64,000 nt of DNA, from positions 558,001 to 622,000 of the forward strand of contig CM075997.1 of NCBI GenBank assembly GCA_038087875.1. Direction: 5' to 3'. This document shows, piece after piece, positions 50,293 to 62,165 of the stretch. Made by a program: the position numbers and the translations under genes. The notes below the pieces were generated by a model that saw only the letters and a program-made list of their open reading frames with translations, was not told where the DNA came from and made no database searches. Within the stretch, counting starts at the first letter, position 1; every line of letters starts with the position of its first letter. The stretch is from Malacoraja senta. Lineage: Eukaryota.

Positions 50293-50467
50293 GGACGCGC
50301 ATGCACACACGGACGCGCATGCACACACTGACGCGCTTGCACACACCGACGCGCATGCACACGGACGCGCATGCACACACGGACGCGCATGCACACACCG
50401 ACGCGCATGCACACACCGACGCGCATGCACACACCGACGCGCATGCACACACCGACGCGCATGCACA
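50293..50467. repeat. 18-bp minisatellite (GACGCGCATGCACACACC)n
   Basis: About 10 units, CpG-rich, largely alternating purine/pyrimidine. Confidence 0.92.
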
Positions 50468-50487
50468 GAGAAACAGACACAACTTAC

Positions 50488-50628
50488 CACACTAGGATGG
50501 GTCCAGTTGGGTAGTTTCAATGCTTTCAGATAGAAGCGTTCATCAAGCTGATTCTCTTGATCATACAGTACATTTAATTCCAAGCGAATTTCCTTCCCCC
50601 GTTTTCGCAGCCGTGAGAAATCAGGATG
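50488..50628 (-). CDS. SARS2: SARS2 exon 4
   Basis: [47 protein letters not shown]; 141 nt. Confidence 0.95.
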
Positions 50629-51382
50629 CTGTTTCCAATATTAACATACACATAAAATTTAGAACAATTCTTTCCATTCAAGCCCACATTCATCCTCACT
50701 TTAACATCCGAACAACCGCAGTGAGATTTACCCAACCCATGGCAAAGATTCACAAAAAAACAATAAGCTGTTAAATGCAAATACTCACAAAATTTTATCT
50801 TTAACAGTTTCTCTTTAATTTTCACCATCAGTGCAACTGTACAATATCATAATGTTAAAACCACTTGCTGCGTGCTTAACATCATGACATTCACTGCAGT
50901 TCAAGCTGTGACCCAGAACTGCACAACAGAGACTATCTTGTGTATTGTGAGGTGAGTCAGCATCACCTTAAAAGAAGTTCCTTCTCAGACCCCCATCCAC
51001 TGTCCTGGATTCACGGTGCCACACATTCAGAGGGTGCTGCCAAGGAGGTTCTCTTAATGCCTGGTGCTGAGGTCATTGCAACAACCCAACCTGTACAAAA
51101 CCCCTCTCCAAACTCTTCTCTGTTTTTCAATACCACTACCCGCACGGTGGTGCAGCGGTAAAGCAGCTGCCTTACAGCCCCAGAGTTCCAGGTTCGATCC
51201 TGACTACGGGTGTGGTCTGTACGTTCTCCCTGTGACCACTTGAGTTTTCTCTGAGATCTCTGGTTTCCTCCCACACTCCAAAGACATGCAGGTTTGCAGG
51301 TGAATTGGCTTGGTATAAATGTAAATTGTCTCTCGTGTGTGTAGGATAGTGTTAGTGTGCGGGGATCGCTGGCGGTACTTAC

Positions 51383-51412
51383 TGACTGAAGTGTTTCTTT
51401 GTTTTCCTTATC
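51383..51412 (-). CDS. SARS2: SARS2 exon 3 (30-nt micro-exon)
   Basis: DKENKETLQS; TTTTTTAG acceptor, GTAAGT donor, phase 0/0. It fills the 10-aa gap relative to human ANQDSGEVQQ. Confidence 0.8.
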
Positions 51413-51479
51413 CTAAAAAAACAAAATGAACAAATCAAAGTTAATCATAAATCAGAATATTAATACTGATAACATTTCC

Positions 51480-52007
51480 CTGAGGAAGGACATTATAGCC
51501 ATAGAGGGAGTGCAGAGAAGGTTCACCAGACTGATTCCTGGGATGTCAGGACTTTCATATGAAGAAAGACTGGATAGACTTGGCTTATACTCGCTAGAAT
51601 TTAGGAGATTGAGAGGTGATCTTATAGAAACGTACAAAATTCTTATGGGGTTGGACAGGCTAGATGCAGGAAGATTGTTCCTGATGTTGGGGAAGTCCAG
51701 GACAAGGGGTCACAGCTTAAGGATAAGGGGGAAATCCTTTAAGACCGAGATGAGGAAAAACTTTTTCACACAGAGAGTGGTGAATCTCTGGAACTCTCTG
51801 CCACAGAGGGTAGTTGAGGCCAGTTCATTGGCTATATTTAAGAGGGAGTTAGATGTGGCCCTTGTGGCTAAGGGGATCAGGGGGTATGGAGAGAAGGCAG
51901 GTACGGGATACTGAGTTGGATGATCAGCCATGATCATATTGAATGGCGGTGCAGGCTCGAAGGGCCGAATGGCCTACTCCTGCACCTATTTTCTATGTAT
52001 CTATGTA
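51480..52007 (+). mobile_element. Young CR1/HER1-type LINE 3' fragment
   Basis: Uninterrupted ORF2 tail [29 protein letters not shown]. Confidence 0.92.
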
Positions 52008-52946
52008 TCCCCACCATTCGCACTCACAATTCTAAATCCCATGTATCCTGACATTTTTCCTTCTTCCGCTTGTAACCTAGCTTTTTTTCCGCCAGTTGAT
52101 TTTCCGACAACTGGTTGTCCGGCACCTCATTCCATCCGGACAAGATTAAAAGAGCGCACTTGAAACCAACCCACCCCCACGACATCCACCCGAAAATGTG
52201 ATGCCGAGGGCGGCACGGCGGCGTAGCGGTAGAGCTACTGCCTTGCCATGCCAGAGACCCGGGTTCGATCCTGACTACGGGTGTTGTCTGAATGGAGTTT
52301 GTACTTCACCCCATGACCTGCGTGGGTTTTCTCAGAGATTTTCCTTTCTCTCCCACACTCCAAAGACGTACAGGTTTGTAGGTTAATTGGCTTGTTAAAA
52401 AAGTAAAATTGTCCCTAGTGTGTGTAGGGTAGTGTTAATGTGCAGGGATCTCTGGTCGGTGTGGACTCGGTGGGCAGGAAGGGCTGTTTCCACGCTGTAT
52501 CACTAGACTAGACTAAAAACTATGCTGGGTGAGGCGGCTGATCTTGACCTCATTGGGACTTCCGCGCTGATCGGCTGGTCGAATTTGCCCCCTGTGACCC
52601 GGCTGGAGCCGGCAGATCCATTCCTATAGCTGACTTCCGAGGCTGATTTTACGGGTCGGTATCTTGGCTCCATGGCTGCCTGAACACCACTTCAGCCTTC
52701 TGCGCTCCGAGGCATAAAGTCCTAGCCTGCCCAACCTCTCCCTGTAGCTCAGGCCCTCAAGTCCTGACAACATCCTCATAAATCTTCTCTGCCCATCCCT
52801 CCTTTCCCTGCATGTCCGTGCCCATCGAAAACCATCTTTAATGACAATATGTTTAAGAAGGAACTGCAGATGCTGGAAAAATCAAAGGTAGACAAATTGC
52901 TGGAGAAACTCAGCTGGTGAGGCAGCATCCCTTTAATGACAATATT

Positions 52947-55220
52947 CAGAGCTCTCGCTTAACTTTTTTTCCCTGTTGCCAGCATGGGCAACCTTGGCAG
53001 CTTTTTAGGTTGCCAAATGACAGTTTAGGTGGTCATTTAAGATGGCTTGCATGACGCATGCAATAATGTGCTCGGACGAAGTGCGTAGTTACCAGTCGGA
53101 ATTATACTCAATGAAGCATTCACATATTATTTCTGCTTCAAATAAAGTCACAAACTAAACATATTCACCAATCAAGACATGATATATCCCACAATGACAT
53201 GCAGCAAAATTATAAGACAGTATCTCAACTCTTTTTACACGTTGCAATTAATGCAATTTCTATTAGATCTTTCCACTTCCAAACAACAATGTGGTTGGAT
53301 TATTCAGCGTATGATCAACCTGTGTCAATAAATCCTGGACCATGGTAACATATATGCGTACGTATAGTTGTGAATGTTGCTCATTAAATAACTACAGTAC
53401 TGATACTCCATATTAAGAGCATTGATTTGCCGTTAAAATGAATTCTGTAATAACGTGTCAACGGCAGCAGCGACAATCGAACACTGCGGTTTTAATGTTT
53501 CACGTGTTCACAATTTAATTAATCCATTTTTATGTATTAAAACAAATAATAACATTGGGAATTAAAACACATTTGATTGCATTCCGTTATCAAACAAAGT
53601 CAAAATTCGCTCTGAAGACATTTCCAGCACAATAGGGTCAGGGAGGGGGGTGTGTGTGAATCAGTGCGGGGTGGATAGATGGCGGGGGTGGGGGGGGTTA
53701 GAAGGCAGTCGGTGCAGAATGGATGGATTGAGGCAGGTGAATTAGTACGTGTTGGTTGGAGTAGGTAAAGTTGAGAGGGGAGAGCACTGGGGATGTCAGT
53801 GGTGTTGAATGAGGGGGGGGGGGGTTCAGTACGGGATGGATGGGGGTAGACAAAAGTGCTGGAGAAACTCAGCGGGTGAGGCAGCATTTATGGAGCGAAG
53901 GAAATAGGCAACGTTTCGGGTCGAGACCCTTCTTCAGACTGTTCCCCCCATTCTTCTTGAATGGGAGGATCAGTACAGGATGGATGGGGGGGAGATCAGC
54001 ACAGGATGAATGGGGGGGGGTCAGTACAGTGTGGATCGGAGGGTCTGTGCAGGATGAATGGGGGATCACTACAGGATGAATGAGGGGAATGGGGGAAGGT
54101 GCAGGGTAAATGGAGGGTGGGTCAGTATGGGATGAATGCGTGGATTAGTACAGGATGGATGGGGGATCAGTACAGGATGGATGGAGGAGAAGTGGGGGAT
54201 GGATGGGAAAGGGGTAAGTACAGGGTGAATTGGGGAACCAGTGTAGGATGGATGGGGGGGGGTGTGGCAGGAGAATCAGCGCAGGATGAATAGATGGGGG
54301 GGGTAGATGGGGAGGGGAGCACAGGGGATGTTAGTGAGGACTGAATAGAGGCGGGAATGGGGATCAGGGCGGGATGGAGTGGAGGGGTCCCAGGATAAGG
54401 GGGTGGAGGGGGCGTACAAGAGAGAGGGGGAGAGAGAGAGAGAGAGAGAGGGAGAGGGGGGGGGGCGAGGTGGGGAGGAAGGAAGGTCAGCGCTCCTCGG
54501 ACAACATCGCCCCGCTACCTTGGCAGTTGGGAACTCCTCGCCACCGCCTCCCTCCTCTGCCAGCCAACAGCAAGGTGCGGGGCCGGGCAGTGCAGCTCAG
54601 AGATCCTATAGCTATAAGATCTTTGGTGCAGCTGCTTCAGACGGGTCGGAGCGAATAACGGGCTTTGCACAGCGGCAGCAGCGGCCGCGACAGCGGCTCC
54701 ATCTCCTCATCCTCCCCCCCACCCCCGCCCGCCCTGATAAGGGTCTCTGCTTGCAAACCCGCTAACGGCGATAACCGCTTTCAAAACACGCCGAGGCCGG
54801 GAGGAGGGAGGGAGGGAGGGAGGGAGGGGGAGGCCTCGGAGTGCGGGATGGTTTGTTTCGAAAGCGGTTATCGCCGTTAGCGGATTTACAAGCAGAGGCC
54901 CTTATCAGGGCGGGCGGGGGCTGGTGGAGGAGGAGATGGAGCCGCTGTCGCGGCCGCTGCTGCCGCTGTGCGAAGCCCGTCATTCGCTCCGACCCTTCCT
55001 CACCCCGCACCTAGTATCTTTGCCCCGCAATACAGCCGTCACCGCCGACACAAAAGATCGCGTTCCTTTTCTCCAGAGATGCTGCTCCAGTTTTTTTGTC
55101 TATCTTCAGTACAAACCAGTATCTGGTTGCCAAGTCGGGCAAAATGACTCGGAGTTTAGGTTGCCCGGCGGCGCTTTGACTGGTCAGTGGCACCCGGGCA
55201 ACCTCTAATTTCGAGCCCTG
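52947..55220. mobile_element. About 2.3-kb non-autonomous DNA transposon with a 5-bp TSD (hAT5-like?)
   Basis: Termini CAGAGCTC.. and ..GAGCCCTG, subterminal GTTGCC/GGCAAC motifs at both ends, and ATATT at 52942-52946 and 55221-55225. Confidence 0.65.
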
Positions 55221-55905
55221 ATATTGTGTTTCTTCACCATCAACCCTAACAGCAAATTCCAGGCACTCACCACTCCATGTTAAAAAAAACTTGCCCAGTA
55301 CATTTCCTTTAAACTTTGCCCTTCTCAACTGAAAGCTGTGCCCTCTAGTCTTTGACATTTGCACCCTGGGAGAATAGCATTAATTGTCATTTATAAGGAA
55401 AAGTTTCAAGTTTCTATCATACTTTGGGGTGTATTTTGGCTTTGAAGTGCTTTCACTCCTAAAATCCCTGACTCTAAATTTTGAAGATTCTCCTAGCCTT
55501 TCGAAACAAAATAAATAATTTCTTCCCCTGCTCCCTATCAATTCCCCATAATATTTGAACTCTTTAATTAAATTATTCAGGCAACTAACAAAACACCACG
55601 GCTAAGTTTGGCCAGGCCGGCCCTGCAATGCTGCCAGGACAACAGACCTTCATGGTCAGGTCAAGATCTCCGCACTTACAACAACTGGGACTTGGAAATG
55701 ACTCCTAACTGGTGACTCTGTATACTGTCTCAGTGTACACTTGTACTGTATCTGAAATGCTTATCTAATATGTATCCAAGTGCTTATCTATACTGAACTG
55801 TATAGAAAAATGAATTTCACTATACCTCAGTACATGCAACAAATAAAGTACTATGACCATAGCCTTTGTGCAATGTCTTGAGTAAAATCCAGGCATCATT
55901 CTTAC

Positions 55906-56001
55906 CAGAAGAGCTTTAACTGAAACACTAATATCGCTTTTCTCATTCTCCAATTTCTCAATTTCCTCCTTTACTTTTGTTAATTTTTGCCACGTAGACA
56001 C
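55906..56001 (-). CDS. SARS2: SARS2 exon 2
   Basis: VSTWQKLTKVKEEIEKLENEKSDISVSVKALL (human [32 protein letters not shown]); 96 nt. Confidence 0.93.
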
Positions 56002-57276
56002 CTGTTGGAAAGGAATAACAAGAAAAGGAATTAGAAAAGGGAAAGATAACTGTGACTTTTTCCAAAGAGCTCAAGATAGACTTTAAAAACTGATAAAGGG
56101 GGCTACACAGTTGCTGCCTCACAGCTCCAGAGACGCGGGTTCGATCCTAACCACTGGTGATGTCTGCATGGAATTTGTACGTTCTACCTGTGACCGTGTA
56201 AGTTTTCTTCGAACGCTCTGGTTTCCTCCCACTTTTAAAAGATGTACAGATTAGATTAATTGGCCTCTGTAAATTATCTCCAGAGTGTAGAATAGAACTC
56301 ATGGACGGGTGATTGTTGGTTGGCATGGACTCAGTCGGCCAAAGGGCCTGTTCCCACGCACTACCTCTAACTAAATCTGAAACCAACCTAATCTGAAATG
56401 CTGCAAAAAAAATCTGCACTTAAAATTGTTATTTTCAAGCAGGATTTGGATAGATGCAGATAAAGGTTATGGGATGGGAAGGACTGGATTGTTCTTCCAT
56501 AGAGCCAAGAATGATGTACTCTCGCTCAGTCCATCTTGGCTACATGATCTCCTGGTTCCCAAACATTTTAACTCTCCTTCCCATTCCCACGCTGACATTT
56601 CTGTCCTGGGCCTCCACCATTGTTAGAATGAGGCCTCACGCAAATTGGAGGAACAGCACCCTATTCGCTTGGGCAGGTTACATCGCAACGGTGCGAAAAT
56701 TGATTTCAAATGTATGCGTGCAATCCATGAAGCTAGCACGTTCAGTTCAGGCATCACAGGGGAGGGTTCGATCATGACTTCAGGAGATGTCTGTGTGGAG
56801 TTTGCATATTCTTCCTGTGACTGCATGGGTTTCTTCCGGGTGCTCTGGCTTCCTCCCACATCCCAAAGACGTGCAGGTTTGTAGGTTAATGGGAGTGAGG
56901 AGTGTGGAGGGAGTGGATGAGAAAGTGGGATAACACAGAACAGGTGATTGATGGGCCGCCTGGACTCAGCGGGCCAATGAGTCTGTTTTCATGTTGATTA
57001 TCGAAACTAAACCCCACAACACGCCAAGCGGGTTGACTCTGGCAAGGTCTGGAAAGACACTTGCTTCAAAGCTACTTTAAGAAGATCATTAAGTACCAGT
57101 GACCCACAAACACTATGAATGACAACTTGGGAAGCAGGCACCATTCTAGGGAGCTGTGGCACAATTCCCAGTGTCTCAGCAAGCAAGGGTGGACACGAAA
57201 TGCTGGAGTAACTCAGCGGGGCAGGCAGCATCTCTGGAGAGAAGGAATAAGTGACGTTTTGGGTCGAGACCCTTGT

Positions 57277-57304
57277 CTGAAGAAGGGTCTCGACCCGAAA
57301 CGTC
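57277..57304 (+). ncRNA. Minimal hammerhead-ribozyme core within a Penelope-like terminal repeat (representative copy)
   Basis: CTGAAGA-A-GGGTC-TC-GACCC-GAAAC-GTC gives CUGANGA, stem II, GAAA, a palindromic ACGU stem III and a GUC triplet. Confidence 0.65.
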
Positions 57305-58474
57305 ACCCATTCCTTCTCTCCAGAGATGCTGCCTGTCCCGCCGAGTTACTCCAGCATTTTGTGTCTATCTTCAGTTTAAATCAGCATCTGCAGTTCCTTC
57401 CTACACATAAACCTCCCTCTGGCTTTACATTTCACTTCTCCTCTTTCCTTATCTGAAACTCTTTGTCTCCTTTTCACCTCTAGCCTTTGTCATTTACTCC
57501 ACCCATCTGCTAATCGCTCCCCTCGCCTTTATCAACCTGTCACTTGCCAGGATTTCTGTGTCTATCTTCGGTGTAAAGATTAGGAAACAGTTGGACAGGT
57601 ACAACGATGGGACAGGTTTGGAGGGATGTGGACCAAGCATGGGACAAGGGTTGGCCATTTAGAACGGGGATGAGGAAAAACTTTTTCACCCAGAGACTTG
57701 TGAATCTGTGTAATTTTCTGCCTCAGAAGGCAGTGGGGGTGGGAGGTTGCAACCTTCACGTCGTCCGCCCCGTTTCAACGAATACAATCAACCTGGCGTG
57801 CACAATCAAATAAGATCAAATAGAACAAGTTGTCCTTCAACTTTAGGCTGTGCATGCCATACGCAAGAATAAGAAGGCAGTGGAAGCCAATTATCTGGAT
57901 GCTTTAAAGAGAGTTAGATAGAGCTCTTAAAGATAGCGGAGTCAAGGGATATGGGGAGAAGGGAGGAACGGGACACTGATTGTGGATGATCAGCCATGAT
58001 CACAGTGACGGTGCTGGCTCGAAGGGCCGAGTGGCCTACTCCTACACCTATTGTCTGTTGTGTATCTGGGACAAACAGGCCCTTCGGCCCAACTCTCCCA
58101 CACTGGCCAACTGATTGTTGGCCAATAGACAATAGATGCAGGAGTAGGTCATTCGGCCCTTGAAGCCAGTGCCGCCATTCAATGTGATCATGGCTGATCA
58201 TCCACAATCAGTACCCCGTTCCTGCCTTCTCCTCATATCCCTGACTCCGCTATCTTTAAGAGCCCTATCTAGCTCTCTCTTGAAAGTATCCAGAGAACCT
58301 GCCTCCACCGCCCTCTGAGGCAGAGAATTCCACAGACTCACAACTCTCTGTGAGAAAAAGTGTTTCCTCGTCTCCGTTCTAAATGGCTTACCCCTTATTC
58401 TTAAACTGTGTGTGGCCCCTGGTTCTGGACTCCCCCAACATCGGGAACATGTTACCTGCCTCTAGCGTGTCCAA

Positions 58475-58923
58475 ACCAAAGATCCTATAGCGGAGAAAGA
58501 TAGATCACTCCTTCTAAATGCGATGGGCTGACGTGTAGTACGCAACGGAACGGAACGTGGGCCTTTTTTTCATCCATTTCAGTAACCCGACCTGACCCAC
58601 CCGACCCGCAGTGTAATCAACATTGCGGGGGGGACAGTTTGTGTTAACGAAGAAGGGTTTCGGCCCGAAACGTTGCCTATTTCCTTCGCTCCATAGATGC
58701 TGCTGCACCCGCTGAGTTTGATCATGATCAAGCCATGATCATATTGAATGGCCGTGCAGGCTCGAAGGGCCGGATGGCCTACTCCTGCACCTATTTTCTA
58801 TGTTTCTCCAGCACTTTTGTCTACCTTGTGTTAACGAAAGCCGGTTAGGGCTGAAAATCTGCCATGACCATACTACGTCTTTTTCGTCAATTGATCCATC
58901 TTGCTTGCTATAGGATCTTTGGT
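58475..58923. mobile_element. Non-autonomous DNA element with 17-bp TIRs and a 4-bp TSD, inserted in CR1
   Basis: ACCAAAGATCCTATAGC ... GCTATAGGATCTTTGGT, with CCAA on both sides. The CR1 sequence resumes afterwards. Confidence 0.8.
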
Positions 58924-59389
58924 CCAAACCCTTAATAATCTTATACTTGGTTCTATAATGACCAACCCCACTCACCCACTCCATGCCCTGAAGGTGATCA
59001 AGAGCAGCAGCTTCAGTCAGAGACTGATTGCACCAATGTGCAAAACGGATGTGAGACATAGGAAGTCCTGTTTACCAGCTGCGATAAGGCTATATAATGC
59101 GCATAAATAACTGTACTTTTTAAAAAATTAATTGTATTTTAACTTGTATTTTAACTTGTTAATTATGGAAGCTATTTGTGGTGTTATGTCTATCTTGAAG
59201 CTGTCGTGACATTGTAATTTCCTGCAAAGGATTATTAAAGGTATAATCTAATCTTATACATTTCAATAAGAATCCCCTCTCATCCTTCAGCCAGTATGGG
59301 CGAGTTGGGCCGAAGGGCCTGTTTCCACTCTATGATGACTCTAAACCAGCAGCTCCTGAGTCCCCATACAGTACACGAGATGGACCTAC

Positions 59390-59691
59390 GATGTCAGACA
59401 CGTCCCGCCCGGTCAGCTCCCCCTTGCGATGCCGCACGTTGTCCAGCGAGGCCTGGGTGCCGGCACAGATGGAGGCCATGTCCAGGCAAGGCCTGTCGGA
59501 GTAGCCGTCCCTCACATGGTCGTACAGGCTGCTCTGCTGCTGCTCCTGCTGCTGCTGCTGCAGTAGCGGCGGCGGCAACAACAACAACAACAACAACAGC
59601 CGGCCGGAGAGAGCCCGCGGCCGGGGACGGGCTGAGAGGAGAGGCCGAAGCCGCCGACCCGCAGCAACTGCCTCAACCTGCGGGCCGCCAT
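59390..59691 (-). CDS. SARS2: SARS2 exon 1 (mitochondrial targeting peptide; apparent 1-nt frameshift)
   Basis: The AAGATGGCG start gives MAARRLRQLLR. The conserved SLYDHVRDGYSDRPCLD..RKGELTGRDVSDI is in another frame. GTAGGT donor. Confidence 0.85.
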
Positions 59692-59731
59692 CTTAGCGAC
59701 CTTAAACCCCGCCCCCCATCATGTGACGTGA
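59686..59731 (-). promoter_or_regulatory. SARS2 proximal promoter motifs
   Basis: YY1-type AAGATGGCG over the ATG, GC box CCCCGCCCCC (59707-59716) and CRE-like TGACGTGA (59724-59731). Confidence 0.5.
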
Positions 59732-60324
59732 CCATCAACTCCATTCATTATTATGTGGAAGAAAGAACCAAAATATCATAAGAGATAATAGATTGACAAT
59801 GAAAATAAAAAGGAGACAAGGAGTTTCAGATAAGGAAAGAGGAGCAGTGAAATTAATAATAATAATAATAATAATAATTGTATTGTATTGTGCTTCTGAT
59901 TTTCTTTTTTGTGTTTTTGGAAGGAATTCTGTCCCTGATTTGTGTATTGGTCTTTATAACTTATTTTTTTAAATTCTGATTATATGTTTCCTATAAATCT
60001 CTGTAAGGTGTCCTTGAGACCTCGGTATAAGGCGCCCATAAATAAATAAATAAATAAATAAAATAAATAAAAATAAATTCAAAATAAAAAATAAATTCAT
60101 TATTATTATTATTGTATTGTATTGTATATCTTCATTGTCATTTCCTGAGTATTCGCATACCCAGAGGAAACAAAAAAACGTTCCTCAACCAGTGTCCATT
60201 TCAGTGTGCAGTAAAAAATAAATAGAAGTAAAAATACATATATCATGAACAAATTAACACTCTACTCTACTAAACATCAACAGGCGTTCCTAATAATAAT
60301 AATAATAATAATAAATACTTTAAA

Positions 60325-60727
60325 GAAGATTGAGGGGGGATCTTATAGAAACTTACAAAATTCTTAAGGGGTTGGACAAGCTCGATGCAGGAAGATTGTT
60401 CCCTATGTTGGGGAAGTCCAGAACATGGGGCCGCAGTTTAAGGATAAGGGGGGGAAGTCTTTTAGGACTGAGATGAGAAAAACATTTTTCACACAGAGAG
60501 TGGTGAATCTCTGGAACTCTCTGCCAGAGAAGGTAGTTGAGGCCAGTTCATTGGCTATATTTAAGAGGGAGTTCGATGTGGCCCTTGTGGGTAAAGGGAT
60601 CAGGGGGTATGGAGAGAGGGCAGGTACAGGATACTGAGTTGGATGATCAGCATGATCATATTGAATGGCGGTGCAGGCTCGAAGGGCCGAATGGCCTACT
60701 CCTGCACCTATTTTCTATGTTTCTATG
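60325..60727 (+). mobile_element. CR1/HER1-type LINE 3' fragment
   Basis: FRTEMRKTFFTQRVVNLWNSLP motif and 3' tail. Confidence 0.88.
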
Positions 60728-61179
60728 TTTATTGATCCCCTCAGGGAAATTCAGATGTCCAGAAGCCAACAACCAACAAACCCACGCATTCAGAACGAAA
60801 GCAGACAAAAAATACATAAAATACAATATGGACAATACCTGAAAGCAATAAATACTTAAAAAGACCCAATAATTAACTATTTAAAAAAATGCAAAGCATC
60901 CCCATACAGCCTAGCGGTCAGTGTAAAGCCAGAGGAAGGTTTATGTGTAGGAAGGAACTGCAGAGGCTGATTTAAACTGAAGAGTTTCTCCAGCATTTTT
61001 GTCTACCTTCGATTTTTTCCAGCATCTGCAGTTCTTTCCTAAACACAAAATGCTGGAGTAAGTCAGAGGGGCGGGCAGCTTTATCTCTGGGTAGAAGGAA
61101 TGGGTGACATTTCTGGTCGAGACCCTTCTTCAGATGGTATTTAATTATTTAGTTTACTATTGTCATGTCTTACTCCAGC

Positions 61180-61890
61180 AATTTTGTGTCTATCTTTGGT
61201 CTAAACCAGCATCTGCAGTTCCTTTTTGTGTCTATCTTCGGTTTAAACCAGCATCTGCAGTTCCATTTTGTGTCTATCTTTGGTTTAAACCAAAGATACT
61301 AGCTCCTCTAGTATATTTGGTTTAAACTAGCATCTGCAGTTCCATTTTGTGTCTATCTTTGGTTTAAACCAGCATCCGCAGTTCCATTTTGTGTCTATCT
61401 TTGGTTTAAACTAGCATCTGCAGTTCCATTTTGTGTCAATCTTTGGTTTAAACTAGCATCTGCAGTTCCATTTTGTGTCAATCTTTGGTTTAAACCAGCA
61501 TCTGCAGTTCCATTTTGTGTCTATCTTTGGTTTAAACCAGCATCTGCAGTTCCATTTTGTGTCTATCTTTGGTTTAAACCAGCATCTGCAGTTCCATTTT
61601 GTGTCAATCTTTGGTTTAAACCAGCATCTGCAGTTCCATTTTGTGTCTATCTTTGGTTTAAACCAGCATCTGCAGTTCCATTTTGTGTCTATCTTTGGTT
61701 TAAACTAGCATCTGCTGTTCCATTTTGTGTCAATCTTTGGTTTAAACCAGCATCTGCAGTTCCATTTTGTGTCAATCTTTGGTTTAAACCAGCATCTGCA
61801 GTTCCATTTTGTGTCTATCTTCGATTTAAACCAGTATCTGCAGTTCCTTTTTAGTGTTTATCTTCGATTTAAACCAGCATCTGCAGTTCC
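61180..61890. repeat. 42-bp tandem array (about 16 units) derived from a Penelope-like repeat end
   Basis: Unit GTTCCATTTTGTGTCTATCTTTGGTTTAAACCAGCATCTGCA. Confidence 0.93.
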
Positions 61891-61978
61891 CTCTTGCACA
61901 CTTGATTCTGACCTACTCCATCCAGCATTGTGTGTCTATTGACATTTGATGCAGGACAGGGCCCCATGGGGCCCCCCC

Positions 61979-62130
61979 TCACGTGACGAGTGGCGCGGCT
62001 TCAGGGGTGGAGGTGGAGGTGGAGGGCGGCAGGAGGCAGGAGGCAGGAGGCAGGAGGCAGGAGGCAGGAGGCAGGAGGCAGGAAGTGACGAAGTGAGGGA
62101 GGGGGGCGAGGGGAGGGAAGTGACGCAGCG
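61979..62130 (+). promoter_or_regulatory. NAPA-like proximal promoter / 5' region
   Basis: E-box TCACGTGAC (61979-61987), a (GGCAGGA)n run and two GGAAGTGACG ETS/half-CRE motifs (about 62081 and 62116); CpG-rich. Confidence 0.55.
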
Positions 62131-62165
62131 CTGGGAGAGAGGGAGGGGGGCGAGCAGGGTCAGAC

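Noticed and set aside
61180..61890. 42-bp array as a CRISPR-like locus
   Set aside because: The units are contiguous with no unique spacers, the sequence derives from the Penelope-like repeat, and the context is vertebrate.
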